Virus record (IMG/VR): IMGVR_UViG_3300038424_000065
Span: 1 to 26,999 of that record
Source of the DNA: a virus
Lineage: Duplodnaviria > Caudoviricetes
Length of the DNA stretch: 26,999 nucleotides
Reading direction: 5' to 3' (one strand)
Part shown: positions 1-8,205 of the stretch, piece by piece
Layout of the letters: the number at the start of each line of letters is the position of its first letter
Numbering within the stretch: position 1 is the stretch's first letter
Notes under the pieces: generated by a model
The model's input: only the letters and a program-made list of their open reading frames with translations
Told to the model about the DNA's origin: nothing
The model's database searches: none
Translations under genes and position numbers: made by a program

Positions 1-38
1 TTCCGCGCCGCCGTCGGAGAAAGGATCTGGCTGAGAAT

Positions 39-389
39 ATGACGCCAAGCGCTCGCAGCACCGCCTATCTTCGGAAGCATGGCTACATTGTCTGCCGCGT
101 CGAGCAACGGCTTCACATGCCAGCATCGCCGTTTCCGATCACGAAAGATGCTTTTGGGTTCGGAGACTTACTTGCCGCTCTGCCAGCGGAAGGTGAAGTC
201 GAAGGCGAGATCGCTCTCGTACAAGTGACGAGCAGCGGCAACATGCGCGCCCGGCAAGCGAAGATCGCGATGGAGCCGCTCGCGATGAAGTGGAAAGGGG
301 CCGGCGGTGTTATCCTGCTGCACGGCTGGTCCAAAAAAGGCCCGCGCGGCAAGCGCAAGGTCTGGACTCTCAAGGAAGAAGTTCTTTGA
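39..389 (+). CDS. PD-(D/E)xK-fold nuclease, Holliday-junction-resolvase-like
   Basis: 116 aa; pattern 'LRKHGY.V..VE ... FGFGDLLA ... IALVQVTS' resembles small phage Hjc/VRR-NUC-like nucleases. Confidence 0.6.
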   Translation: MTPSARSTAYLRKHGYIVCRVEQRLHMPASPFPITKDAFGFGDLLAALPAEGEVEGEIALVQVTSSGNMRARQAKIAMEPLAMKWKGAGGVILLHGWSKKGPRGKRKVWTLKEEVL

Positions 390-601
390 CAAACATTCAG
401 AAAGTAAGAATCGCCGATGGAATCAGGTTCATTGTTTCGTTAAGTTTTCGTTCAGGACTCGACTACAAGGAAGCACAGATAGCGATGATCGCGGTCATTG
501 AACTCATGCGCGAGCTGGATGAAGGGCGCGACTCCGAAGAGATGCTCGCCCTTCTAATCGAGAAAGTGATCGATCGAGAAGGCGAGAGACTTGGCCTATG
601 A
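386..601 (+). CDS. hypothetical protein (71 aa, TTG start)
   Basis: TTG overlaps the upstream TGA (TTGA); AAGGAAG upstream; helical sequence; its stop overlaps the next ATG. The longer 290 start in the ORF track overlaps the nuclease. Confidence 0.6.
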   Translation: MTNIQKVRIADGIRFIVSLSFRSGLDYKEAQIAMIAVIELMRELDEGRDSEEMLALLIEKVIDREGERLGL

Positions 602-852
602 GTGCAAGGACGGAAAAACTTCTTCAGGAAATGTTCGACGAGATCGGGCCGGCGAGGGCGATCCATCACGGGGCTCGAAAGTTCGCGAACGTCACGCGCG
701 AAGACCTGGTCGCGCTCATCAATGACGTCCGCACGCTTTACGCGCCAACTCTGGCTTACACCGAAGGCAACATGCTCACGATGATGACGCTATTTCTCCT
801 GGGCGCGTTTTTGGGCCGAAAGCACGCCTTCTCGATTGCGCCGAAACAATGA
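598..852 (+). CDS. hypothetical protein (84 aa)
   Basis: ATGA coupling at both ends; hydrophobic C-terminal helix. Confidence 0.7.
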   Translation: MSARTEKLLQEMFDEIGPARAIHHGARKFANVTREDLVALINDVRTLYAPTLAYTEGNMLTMMTLFLLGAFLGRKHAFSIAPKQ

Positions 853-980
853 GAGATGCACTCACGCGACTCTTGTTAGTTTTTTTGATGAAGGTCACCG
901 GCGCACGTTCGATCACGATCACTTATCCGCTTGTGCCCGGAAAACACTACCAGATGACCGTATCTAAGGAAACCGATTGA
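849..980 (+). CDS. small hypothetical protein (43 aa, MRDALTRLLLVFLMKVTG...)
   Basis: Translated by hand; ATGA overlap with the upstream stop; fills the gap exactly up to the promoter; below ORF-track cutoff. Confidence 0.5.
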   Translation: MRDALTRLLLVFLMKVTGARSITITYPLVPGKHYQMTVSKETD

Positions 981-1006
981 CGCTTTGCGGCATTCCGAAC
1001 TACACT
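977..1006 (+). promoter_or_regulatory. sigma70-like promoter TTGACG-N18-TACACT
   Basis: -35 at 977-982, -10 at 1001-1006, followed by GAGG RBS and ATG at 1028. Confidence 0.6.
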
Positions 1007-1027
1007 TTCGCGCGAGAGGTTGATCGA

Positions 1028-1714
1028 ATGCCCGCATACATCGTTTCACCGCTCGACGGTGTCCCGCCGATGCTTTTGCCTGGAATAAACGGTTACTCAA
1101 CCGGAAGTCTTGCGAGCGGGCCGACGGCTCGGATGCTCGTGACGAGCGTTGCGATCAACGGCTCAAACGTCGCAACTCTCGGCGTGCAAATGGTCGAGGG
1201 CAACATCCCCGCGGTCGGATCTCTGATTTCTGTGCGCGGCACTCAGACGCCAACGTCGGGCGGCGCGCCGAACTTCAATGTCTCGAACATCGCGCTTGCT
1301 TCCGTTTCGATTAACTCGCAAACCGGCGTCGGCACTGTGACGTTCGCACTCACGAGCAATACGATCGCGACGACTCCGGATGCTGGCGAAGCTAGCGTTC
1401 CAGTTCCCGAAGTGCCCGAAGCTCTCACGACAACGACAACCGGCCTACAGTTCGGACTCCAATCTGCGGCCGGCTTGCCGAATAACTCTCGCGATGTTGC
1501 CTGGGAAACACAGACGCCTTCCGCGCCGGCGAGCTATACCGCGCATTTGCAAGGCGCCGAGTTCGATCAAGAATCTCAATATGTCGATCTCGATACGATG
1601 AGCTCAGTCGGCACGCAACAGGTCGCCGGCGTGCGAGCGAACTTCCTTCGCATCAAATGGACATCGGTGTCCGGCGGCACGAACCCGACCGGCATCGGGA
1701 AGATCCTCGTCTAA
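1028..1714 (+). CDS. putative virion structural/decoration protein (228 aa)
   Basis: GAGG RBS before ATG 1028; beta-rich S/T/G/V composition; N-terminal module 'VTSVAI..NVATL...PAVGSLISVRGT...FNV' also seen in tail genes; C-terminal 'FLRIKWTSVSGGT' beta-sandwich-like end. Confidence 0.6.
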   Translation: MPAYIVSPLDGVPPMLLPGINGYSTGSLASGPTARMLVTSVAINGSNVATLGVQMVEGNIPAVGSLISVRGTQTPTSGGAPNFNVSNIALASVSINSQTGVGTVTFALTSNTIATTPDAGEASVPVPEVPEALTTTTTGLQFGLQSAAGLPNNSRDVAWETQTPSAPASYTAHLQGAEFDQESQYVDLDTMSSVGTQQVAGVRANFLRIKWTSVSGGTNPTGIGKILV

Positions 1715-3400
1715 ATGGCATTTGCTCCTAATGTTTTAGTGGCTGATGGAGACTCCATAACAGTTGGATTTGGAGTCACTACCCCTTGGCCTCAACTCCT
1801 TAGCATCAACGGCAGCAATCCGTGGAATATCGTTAACGTGGCGGTCAACGGTGAAACGTTGGCTACTATGTTGGCAAATGCCGCCGCCGATGTGGACCCG
1901 CTTTATGTATCTGGAGTAGGAAACATTTGCGTGATTTGGGGAGGGACAAACGACATTGCAGATGGTGCAACCGCAATCGCAACCTACGCCAATCTCACGT
2001 CATACATTGCTGCACGTCATGTCGTGGGTTGGAAAGTTATCACGATTACGATGCTATCTCGGGTGAGCGTTTCTAACACTGCATACAACGCTCTCATACT
2101 AGCAAACACTGCGGGCGCAGATGCCGTTGTGAACTTGTCGGGTGAACCTCTTGGAAGTCCCACTGATTACTCTAACACCACATATTTTCAGGTGGGTGGG
2201 ATTCATCCTACAACCCTTTCGGTGGACACGATAATTGCGCCCGCGATTAACACCGCAATCAATTCTTTGAATGTGACCGGACCAACGATTTCATCCATTA
2301 CTCCCGTTCAAATTGTCCGCGGATTTTCTATTTCATCAGGTGCGGCAAATCTCACCTATCCCGATAACAATGGGCAAGGAAATCTTTTGTTGGGTCTTGT
2401 AGCGTGGGGTGCGAATGCTCCGAATACTGCAGTTGCTGACTCGCAGCACAACAATTGGCAAAATTCGGGGGTGAGTCTTGTTATTGGCGGCACGTTTACT
2501 CTTGAAATCTGGTACGCAGAGAACTGCGTGGCTGGCTATAATACGGTTTCTTTCACAGAGTCCCCAGATGCCGGATATAAATTCGTGGCGACTGCGGAAT
2601 TTGCAAGCGGGAGTTCACGTCCGCTCGTTTTAGATAAAACGACAGGGAACACAGGCAGTGGCACGAGTCTCAGCAGCGGCACTGTCACACTATCGGATGC
2701 TGTTGAACTGTTGATTGGAAATCTCTTTTCAAAAGTATCGAATATCAGTCCGAGCGGTACATACATTCTCGGAGATGCACCCAGTGGTTTCACTGGATGG
2801 GAGTATCAAGTTTCCGCTAATACAGGACCTTGGGCAGCTACCGGCACTTCAGGGAGTAGTGACCCATGGGGGGCTGCGTTAGCGACATTTAATATTGAGC
2901 CTCAAGTTGTTACTCCTGTCATTAGCCCCACGGCTGGCGCGTACGATGGGTCAGTGAACGTCACGATTTCGTGCTCGACGCCGGGTAGTTCAATTTACTA
3001 CACCACGGACGGCAGTACGCCGACATCGGGTTCCACGCCATATACTCCGTTCACCGTTGACTCATCTTTAACAGTGAAAGCAATCGCTATTGATTCCGGT
3101 TATGTAAACAGTGCGGTGGCGTCCTCTGCATATACGCTCACCTATACCATTTCAGGAAGTGCAGGAGTGGCAGGGGCGACAGTTACTTACGCTGGAACCA
3201 CTTCAGGAAGTGTGGTAGCCGATGGCTCAGGAAATTATTCCATTTCAGGATTGCCTAATCTTTGGACCGGAACTGTTACGCCATCGAAGACGGGATATAC
3301 TTTTTCGCCTGCTAATTCTTCCCAAACAATTAATAGTGGGGATAACACAGGCGTGAATTTTACGGCGAAGCTCAGCTACAGCAACCATCGATCGAAGTGA
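1715..3400 (+). CDS. SGNH/GDSL esterase fused to beta-sandwich domains (incl. chitobiase C-terminal/Fn3-associated domain); probable virion-associated deacetylase
   Basis: Blocks GDSIT, AVNG, WGGTND, GGIHP; 'TPVISP..G.Y...V.VTISCSTPGSSIYYTTDGSTPT' Fn3-associated motif; C-terminal 'YTISG...GATVT...ADGSGNYSISGL...VTPSKTGYTFSP' Ig-like domain. Confidence 0.8.
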   Translation: MAFAPNVLVADGDSITVGFGVTTPWPQLLSINGSNPWNIVNVAVNGETLATMLANAAADVDPLYVSGVGNICVIWGGTNDIADGATAIATYANLTSYIAARHVVGWKVITITMLSRVSVSNTAYNALILANTAGADAVVNLSGEPLGSPTDYSNTTYFQVGGIHPTTLSVDTIIAPAINTAINSLNVTGPTISSITPVQIVRGFSISSGAANLTYPDNNGQGNLLLGLVAWGANAPNTAVADSQHNNWQNSGVSLVIGGTFTLEIWYAENCVAGYNTVSFTESPDAGYKFVATAEFASGSSRPLVLDKTTGNTGSGTSLSSGTVTLSDAVELLIGNLFSKVSNISPSGTYILGDAPSGFTGWEYQVSANTGPWAATGTSGSSDPWGAALATFNIEPQVVTPVISPTAGAYDGSVNVTISCSTPGSSIYYTTDGSTPTSGSTPYTPFTVDSSLTVKAIAIDSGYVNSAVASSAYTLTYTISGSAGVAGATVTYAGTTSGSVVADGSGNYSISGLPNLWTGTVTPSKTGYTFSPANSSQTINSGDNTGVNFTAKLSYSNHRSK

Positions 3401-3406
3401 GTTAGA

Positions 3407-3889
3407 ATGCCTGAGCGCAAGACGTACCGGGTCAAGCGTCATCGAACCGGGCCACGCTCCGAACAAGAAGTCGTACACTCGATGGCCTTGCGGCTATTGA
3501 GCAATCAGAAGCACACACAGGAGGCTCTCGAAATGGAAGTAGATCAAGTCGTCTACGAGTACGGCAAACTTCATCTTAACTTCGTCGCGTGCCAGCGCTC
3601 TAACGCCATGCTCGCGACTCAGCTCGCTCAAGCGAACAAGAACATCGCCACGATCACTGCGGACGCCAACAAATCCGCCGGCCGAATTGCACAGCTCGAA
3701 GCGTGGGCAAAGGAACAGAGGCCGAGCATCACGTTTCCCGAAGTGCCGAAGGAACCGGAAGGCACCGAAGGACTCGAACCGCCTTCTCAACCTGGAACCC
3801 CAGTCGGGATCGCCGGCAGCGAAGCACTTCAACCCGGCGCTGGATCTCGCGTCATCAAGATCCCGCACAAGCGCGCATCCGACAACTAA
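3407..3889 (+). CDS. hypothetical coiled-coil protein (160 aa)
   Basis: Heptad-like central region, Pro-rich tail; fills gap before terS. Confidence 0.65.
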   Translation: MPERKTYRVKRHRTGPRSEQEVVHSMALRLLSNQKHTQEALEMEVDQVVYEYGKLHLNFVACQRSNAMLATQLAQANKNIATITADANKSAGRIAQLEAWAKEQRPSITFPEVPKEPEGTEGLEPPSQPGTPVGIAGSEALQPGAGSRVIKIPHKRASDN

Positions 3890-3900
3890 GGGGCTAACTC

Positions 3901-4425
3901 ATGGCACGAAAGCGCTCGAAGCCCGGCGCACGCAAGAAGCGAAGACCGCTCACTCCGCGCCGGGTGAAGTTCGTCAAGCAACTGGTCCTCGGCAAATCCC
4001 TAGCCGAGGCCGCCAGGAAGTCCGGATATACCAAACACAGGGCCAACCAGGCGGGACACCAAGCTCTCGAACAGATCCGAAAAGCCGCTCCCGAACTCCT
4101 GGCCGAGCACGGCCTAACCGATGACGTCCTGATTGATAATTACCTACTCCCGCTGATGAACGCCGAAAAGACCGAGTTCTTCCCGTACACACAGCGCGGC
4201 CAGCGCAAATTGCTCACCGTGAACGTCGTGGACTGGCGAGCTCGCGACGACGGCTTAGAGAAAGCCATGAAGATTCGCGGGCTCTACGTGAAGGAAGCCG
4301 AGAACACCGGACCGCAATTCTCGGTCGTCATCATAAACGGCGACAATCGGCCGCCGTGGTCGCAAATGAAGCGCGCGATGCAACCCGCCGAAGCAGCTCC
4401 ACTCCCAGGAGATCCCGCGCCATGA
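3901..4425 (+). CDS. terS: terminase small subunit
   Basis: HTH motif 'LTPRRVKFVKQLVLGKSLAEAARKSGY', 'LEKAMKIRGLY' helix; upstream of terL; AAGGGG RBS. Confidence 0.8.
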   Translation: MARKRSKPGARKKRRPLTPRRVKFVKQLVLGKSLAEAARKSGYTKHRANQAGHQALEQIRKAAPELLAEHGLTDDVLIDNYLLPLMNAEKTEFFPYTQRGQRKLLTVNVVDWRARDDGLEKAMKIRGLYVKEAENTGPQFSVVIINGDNRPPWSQMKRAMQPAEAAPLPGDPAP

Positions 4426-5768
4426 TCGTCTTTTGTATTACCTGTCGAGGCCGCAACCAGCACATTCGCCTCACCCTTCCGAAAAACATCGTAGACAACG
4501 CCGACTTCCGAGATTGCAAGTTCGTACTCCTGGACTATGGGAGCCCGGACGATCTCATAAGCTACGTGCTCACCCATCACATGCGGTCGATCCTGGCCGG
4601 CCGGCTCGTGCTCTATCGCTTCCCGGACCAGAAGGGGTTCAAGATGGCGCACGCAAAAAACATGGCGCACCGTCTGGGGATCCTGGAAGGCGGCGACATC
4701 CTCGTGAATCTCGATGCGGATAACTACACCGGACCAGGCTTCGCTAAGTACGTTGCCGAGAAGTTCGCCGCAGATCCGAACGTCTTCTTGTGGGCAAACC
4801 GCAACCAGCCGTCGGAGATCCGGTATCCGAAAGGATGCAACGGCCGGATTGCCGTGAGCAAACATGCCTTCGTCAACGCCGGCGGTTACAACGAAGGGAA
4901 GTATGAAACCTGGGGGCCCGATGACAAAGACTTCAACTTCCGGTTGCGGCGTCTCGGCTACACGCCGGCAGAGATCCCGCGGCAATTCTTAGAAGTCGTG
5001 CTCCACAACGACAAGATGAGATTTCGCGACTATCCCCACGCGAAGAACGGCGGCTCGAACTGTGACGATGAAATCGTCGAAGGCAACGAGACGATCGCGA
5101 ACTTCGGCAACTTCGGATGCGGAACCGTCTATCGCAACTTCGATCCCTCGCCTATCGAACTCAGGCCAGTCCCGACGCGGGTCTTCGGGATCGGGATGCA
5201 CAAGACGGCCACGACGTCGCTACATCACGCGCTCAAGATCCTCGGCTACGACTCCGCTCACTGGAAGTCGGCACATTGGGCGAAGGCGATCTGGCGAGAG
5301 ATGAACACACTCGGCCGATCGCTCACGCTTGAGAAGAGTTACGCGCTCTGTGATCTGCCGATCACGCTCCTGTACCAGAAGCTCGACCGCGCTTATCCTG
5401 GCTCGAAGTTCATTCTCACGAAGCGATCGGAAGACGGCTGGATCGAGACGGTGCGGAAGCATTGGGATCCCGCGTTCAATCCCTTCCGCGGCCAGTGGGA
5501 CGGCGATCCCTTCACGCACCGGATCCACACGATCTTGTACGGAAGCCCTGACTTCAACGCCGAGAAGATGCTCGCGCGCTACCGATCGCACAATGCGGCC
5601 GTGCTGGAATACTTCAAAGGGCGCCCGGACGATCTTCTCGTGATGGACATGGACTTCGGCTGGCCGAACCAGGATGACGCCGGCGCCGGATGGTGGGAGC
5701 TCTGTTCGTTCCTCGGCGATCGGATCCCGCTCGGCGTACCATATCCGCGCGCGTTCGCGAGCTACTAG
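4422..5768 (+). CDS. glycosyltransferase (GT-A, GT2/GT7-like) - PAPS-dependent sulfotransferase fusion (448 aa)
   Basis: ATGA coupling to terS, AGGAG RBS; GT motifs 'VLLDYGSPD', 'AKN', 'NLDADN', 'GGYNE...WGPDDKDF..RL'; sulfotransferase motifs 'RVFGIGMHKTATTSL..AL..LGY', 'YPGSKFILTKR...W', 'GW.ELC.FLG'. Confidence 0.85.
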   Translation: MIVFCITCRGRNQHIRLTLPKNIVDNADFRDCKFVLLDYGSPDDLISYVLTHHMRSILAGRLVLYRFPDQKGFKMAHAKNMAHRLGILEGGDILVNLDADNYTGPGFAKYVAEKFAADPNVFLWANRNQPSEIRYPKGCNGRIAVSKHAFVNAGGYNEGKYETWGPDDKDFNFRLRRLGYTPAEIPRQFLEVVLHNDKMRFRDYPHAKNGGSNCDDEIVEGNETIANFGNFGCGTVYRNFDPSPIELRPVPTRVFGIGMHKTATTSLHHALKILGYDSAHWKSAHWAKAIWREMNTLGRSLTLEKSYALCDLPITLLYQKLDRAYPGSKFILTKRSEDGWIETVRKHWDPAFNPFRGQWDGDPFTHRIHTILYGSPDFNAEKMLARYRSHNAAVLEYFKGRPDDLLVMDMDFGWPNQDDAGAGWWELCSFLGDRIPLGVPYPRAFASY

Positions 5769-5775
5769 GCGTAAG

Positions 5776-5973
5776 ATGACGGCTGAACATTATCCACGCG
5801 GGACCGAATCAGTTTTGAAATGGTGCAATCGGTGCGGACGACTGACGAAGCATCGCGTGGATGATGTACGCGCCGGTCGCTGCTTAGAGCACGATGCGCC
5901 CGCTGAATCAAAGAAACAGAGGGCGGCGCGATTGAAACGTGAAGCGCCAGAGACAGGCAAACTCTTCGAGTAG
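5776..5973 (+). CDS. small Zn-ribbon-like protein (65 aa)
   Basis: WCNRCG..TKH...GRCLEH; fills gap between GT-ST and next gene. Confidence 0.6.
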   Translation: MTAEHYPRGTESVLKWCNRCGRLTKHRVDDVRAGRCLEHDAPAESKKQRAARLKREAPETGKLFE

Positions 5974-5981
5974 GAGCTACC

Positions 5982-6233
5982 ATGCAAATCCCCGCGGCGA
6001 TGTTCATCGAATCGGCAGTCGATAGCGTGAAGGCAATCACGGACTTCCAGCGACGCGCTCAGCTCTCCGAACTGCATGAGGTCGGCGACCAGGCGCTCAA
6101 GGGAATGGGCGCGAGCGGCATCAATGACGACGTCGCCGCCGGCTACCTTCTCGGACTTCAAACCGCTCGTGTGATGATTATGACGAACGCGAAGATCCAA
6201 CTTGCCGGCCTGGTTCCTGGCGACATCCTGTGA
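5982..6233 (+). CDS. hypothetical protein (83 aa)
   Basis: AGGAG RBS; coupled to next gene (GTGA). Confidence 0.7.
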   Translation: MQIPAAMFIESAVDSVKAITDFQRRAQLSELHEVGDQALKGMGASGINDDVAAGYLLGLQTARVMIMTNAKIQLAGLVPGDIL

Positions 6234-6571
6234 GCTTCGAGCCGATCACTCTCGATGCGATGCAAGGATTTATCGCGCCGATCCACGTTCGGAAGATCCT
6301 CACTGAGCTCACGCGCCAGTTACAGGATCGTCCAGATCGGGCTCAGTGTCATCCGATCCAGCGCATTTGCGTGCAGAACGCGGCGACCAGCGTCGGTCCT
6401 GTGGACGGCAAGCTGGCGCTCGAAGGAAAACCGCTGCGCGAATATCCGATGACGCTCGGCGGGATCCCGCTCAAATCCGAGAAGACCATGCCGGATGACG
6501 TCATCGAGTTCTACTGCGGCAACCAGTTCGTCGCGAAGATCTTCAACCTGGCGAAACCGCCGGGCCTCTAA
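6230..6571 (+). CDS. hypothetical protein (113 aa)
   Basis: GTGA overlap upstream, TAATG overlap with terL. Confidence 0.7.
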   Translation: MSFEPITLDAMQGFIAPIHVRKILTELTRQLQDRPDRAQCHPIQRICVQNAATSVGPVDGKLALEGKPLREYPMTLGGIPLKSEKTMPDDVIEFYCGNQFVAKIFNLAKPPGL

Positions 6572-8205
6572 TGGGTGTGCCACAAGTCGATCTTTCGCGG
6601 CTGAATACCGCGAGCTTCTATAATCCCTGGCCGAAACAGAACGAGCTCCATACTTCGCCAGCGATCGATCTCCTGGCGATCGGCGGAAACGGATCCGGCA
6701 AGTCGGCATTCCTGTTAGGCGAGGCCGTCTACCTGGCGCTAGAGTTCCCTGGCTCGGATTGCCTGTTGCTCCGCAAGAACTTCCCCGAACTAGAGAAGGG
6801 GCTCATCCTCGACCTCAAGAACACGCTTCCGCCGTCTCTCTATCGCTACAACGACTCGAAGCACATCGCGACATATCCGAACGGCTCCCACACGTTTTTC
6901 GGCCATTGCAAATCAGGCAGCGAGAAAGACCTCGCGAAGTATCTCTCGTCCGCGTTCTGTTTCATCGGGATCGACGAGCTCGGCCAGTGGAGCTATGACG
7001 CCTTCTCGTTCCTCGGCTCGCGCAACAGAATCAACAAAGGATGCCGGCCGAACATCCGCGGCGAGTGGCCGGTTCCTCGCATGGGCGGCGCGACAAACCC
7101 GATGGGACCAGGCTACGGCTGGATCAAGAAGCTCTGGATCGACAAGAAGCCCGTGTCACAGATGGGCAAGGACATCGAAGAGCACGAAGGCAAGTGGTAC
7201 TCGCCGATCACTGACAAGAAGATGCTCGCGCTCGAAGAGATCCGGAAGCGCGTCGTGTTCATCAAAGGCGAGGCGTTCATTTGCGTTTACGATCCCGCAG
7301 ACTATTACTTCGTCCACTCGACCGTCGTCGATAACCCGGCGCAGCTTGAGAAAGATCCGGATTACATCAACAAGCTGATGAAGCTCGCGCCAGCGCTGCG
7401 CGCGAAAGCTCTGTACGGGGATCTCAAGTCGATTGCCGGCACGTATTTCTCGAACTTCGCGCAAGATCGGCATGTTCTCAGGCTTCCGGACGACAACGAG
7501 CTTATTGAATGGCAGGACTGGCAACCACGATGGATCGGCATCGATTGGGGGCTTGCTCACTGGTCCGCGGTGTTTTGGGCAACGAAGGCGCGCGTGCGGA
7601 AGTTCGTCGGCGCGCCTTGGCGGCAAGTCACCGTGATCTACCGCGAGCTCATCGAGAACGAGAAAAGCTACGACGAGCTTTGCAATCTCATTGTGGACGC
7701 GACGCCGAAAGAAGAGCGGGCAACTCTCAAACACGTCTATCTTTCGCCCGAACGATTCGCGCGCAGCGGCGACAAGGATCCCTCGAAGACGATCGGTATT
7801 CAGATGGGGCTCTACTTCAAACCCCTGGTCTTCCCGATGTGCGAGCCGGCCAACAATCGCCGCGTCGATGGCGCCGTCTATATGTACAACGCGCTAGAGA
7901 ATGACGAGCTCGTCATCCTAGACAACTGTCCTGGGCTCATCAGCGCACTCGAAGTCGTCACCCGCGATGAGGACAATCCCGAAGACGTGCTCAAGGTCGA
8001 GGGCGCCGTCGAGGATGACGTATACGACGGTGCGCGCTACACTGTGCTCTCGGAAGCAAAACCGCGACCGAAGACTGGCGAAGTCGTGTACCATGAGCGC
8101 CTGGAAAAGATCCAGGATCCGATGGCTCAGCGAATGTTCAGCTTACAACATCACATGGCGAAGCAACGCAAGTTCAAACCGATCAAACCGAGGTTTCGGC
8201 CATGA
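6571..8205 (+). CDS. terL: terminase large subunit
   Basis: Q motif 'PWPKQ', Walker A GGNGSGKS, Walker B FIGIDE, coupling motif ATNP, RNase H-like nuclease 'GIDWG' and 'DDVYDGARY'. Confidence 0.95.
   Translation: MGVPQVDLSRLNTASFYNPWPKQNELHTSPAIDLLAIGGNGSGKSAFLLGEAVYLALEFPGSDCLLLRKNFPELEKGLILDLKNTLPPSLYRYNDSKHIATYPNGSHTFFGHCKSGSEKDLAKYLSSAFCFIGIDELGQWSYDAFSFLGSRNRINKGCRPNIRGEWPVPRMGGATNPMGPGYGWIKKLWIDKKPVSQMGKDIEEHEGKWYSPITDKKMLALEEIRKRVVFIKGEAFICVYDPADYYFVHSTVVDNPAQLEKDPDYINKLMKLAPALRAKALYGDLKSIAGTYFSNFAQDRHVLRLPDDNELIEWQDWQPRWIGIDWGLAHWSAVFWATKARVRKFVGAPWRQVTVIYRELIENEKSYDELCNLIVDATPKEERATLKHVYLSPERFARSGDKDPSKTIGIQMGLYFKPLVFPMCEPANNRRVDGAVYMYNALENDELVILDNCPGLISALEVVTRDEDNPEDVLKVEGAVEDDVYDGARYTVLSEAKPRPKTGEVVYHERLEKIQDPMAQRMFSLQHHMAKQRKFKPIKPRFRP

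Noticed and set aside
598-980. Holin or lysis genes
   Set aside because: Only short hydrophobic stretches and no endolysin or spanin nearby
6440-6520. 'LGGIPL...TMPDDVIEF' resembling a capsid-protein C-terminal motif
   Set aside because: Too short to support homology without a profile search
7140-7300. Insertion in the TerL ATPase region, possible intein
   Set aside because: Only about 50 aa and lacks intein terminal C/S...HN motifs
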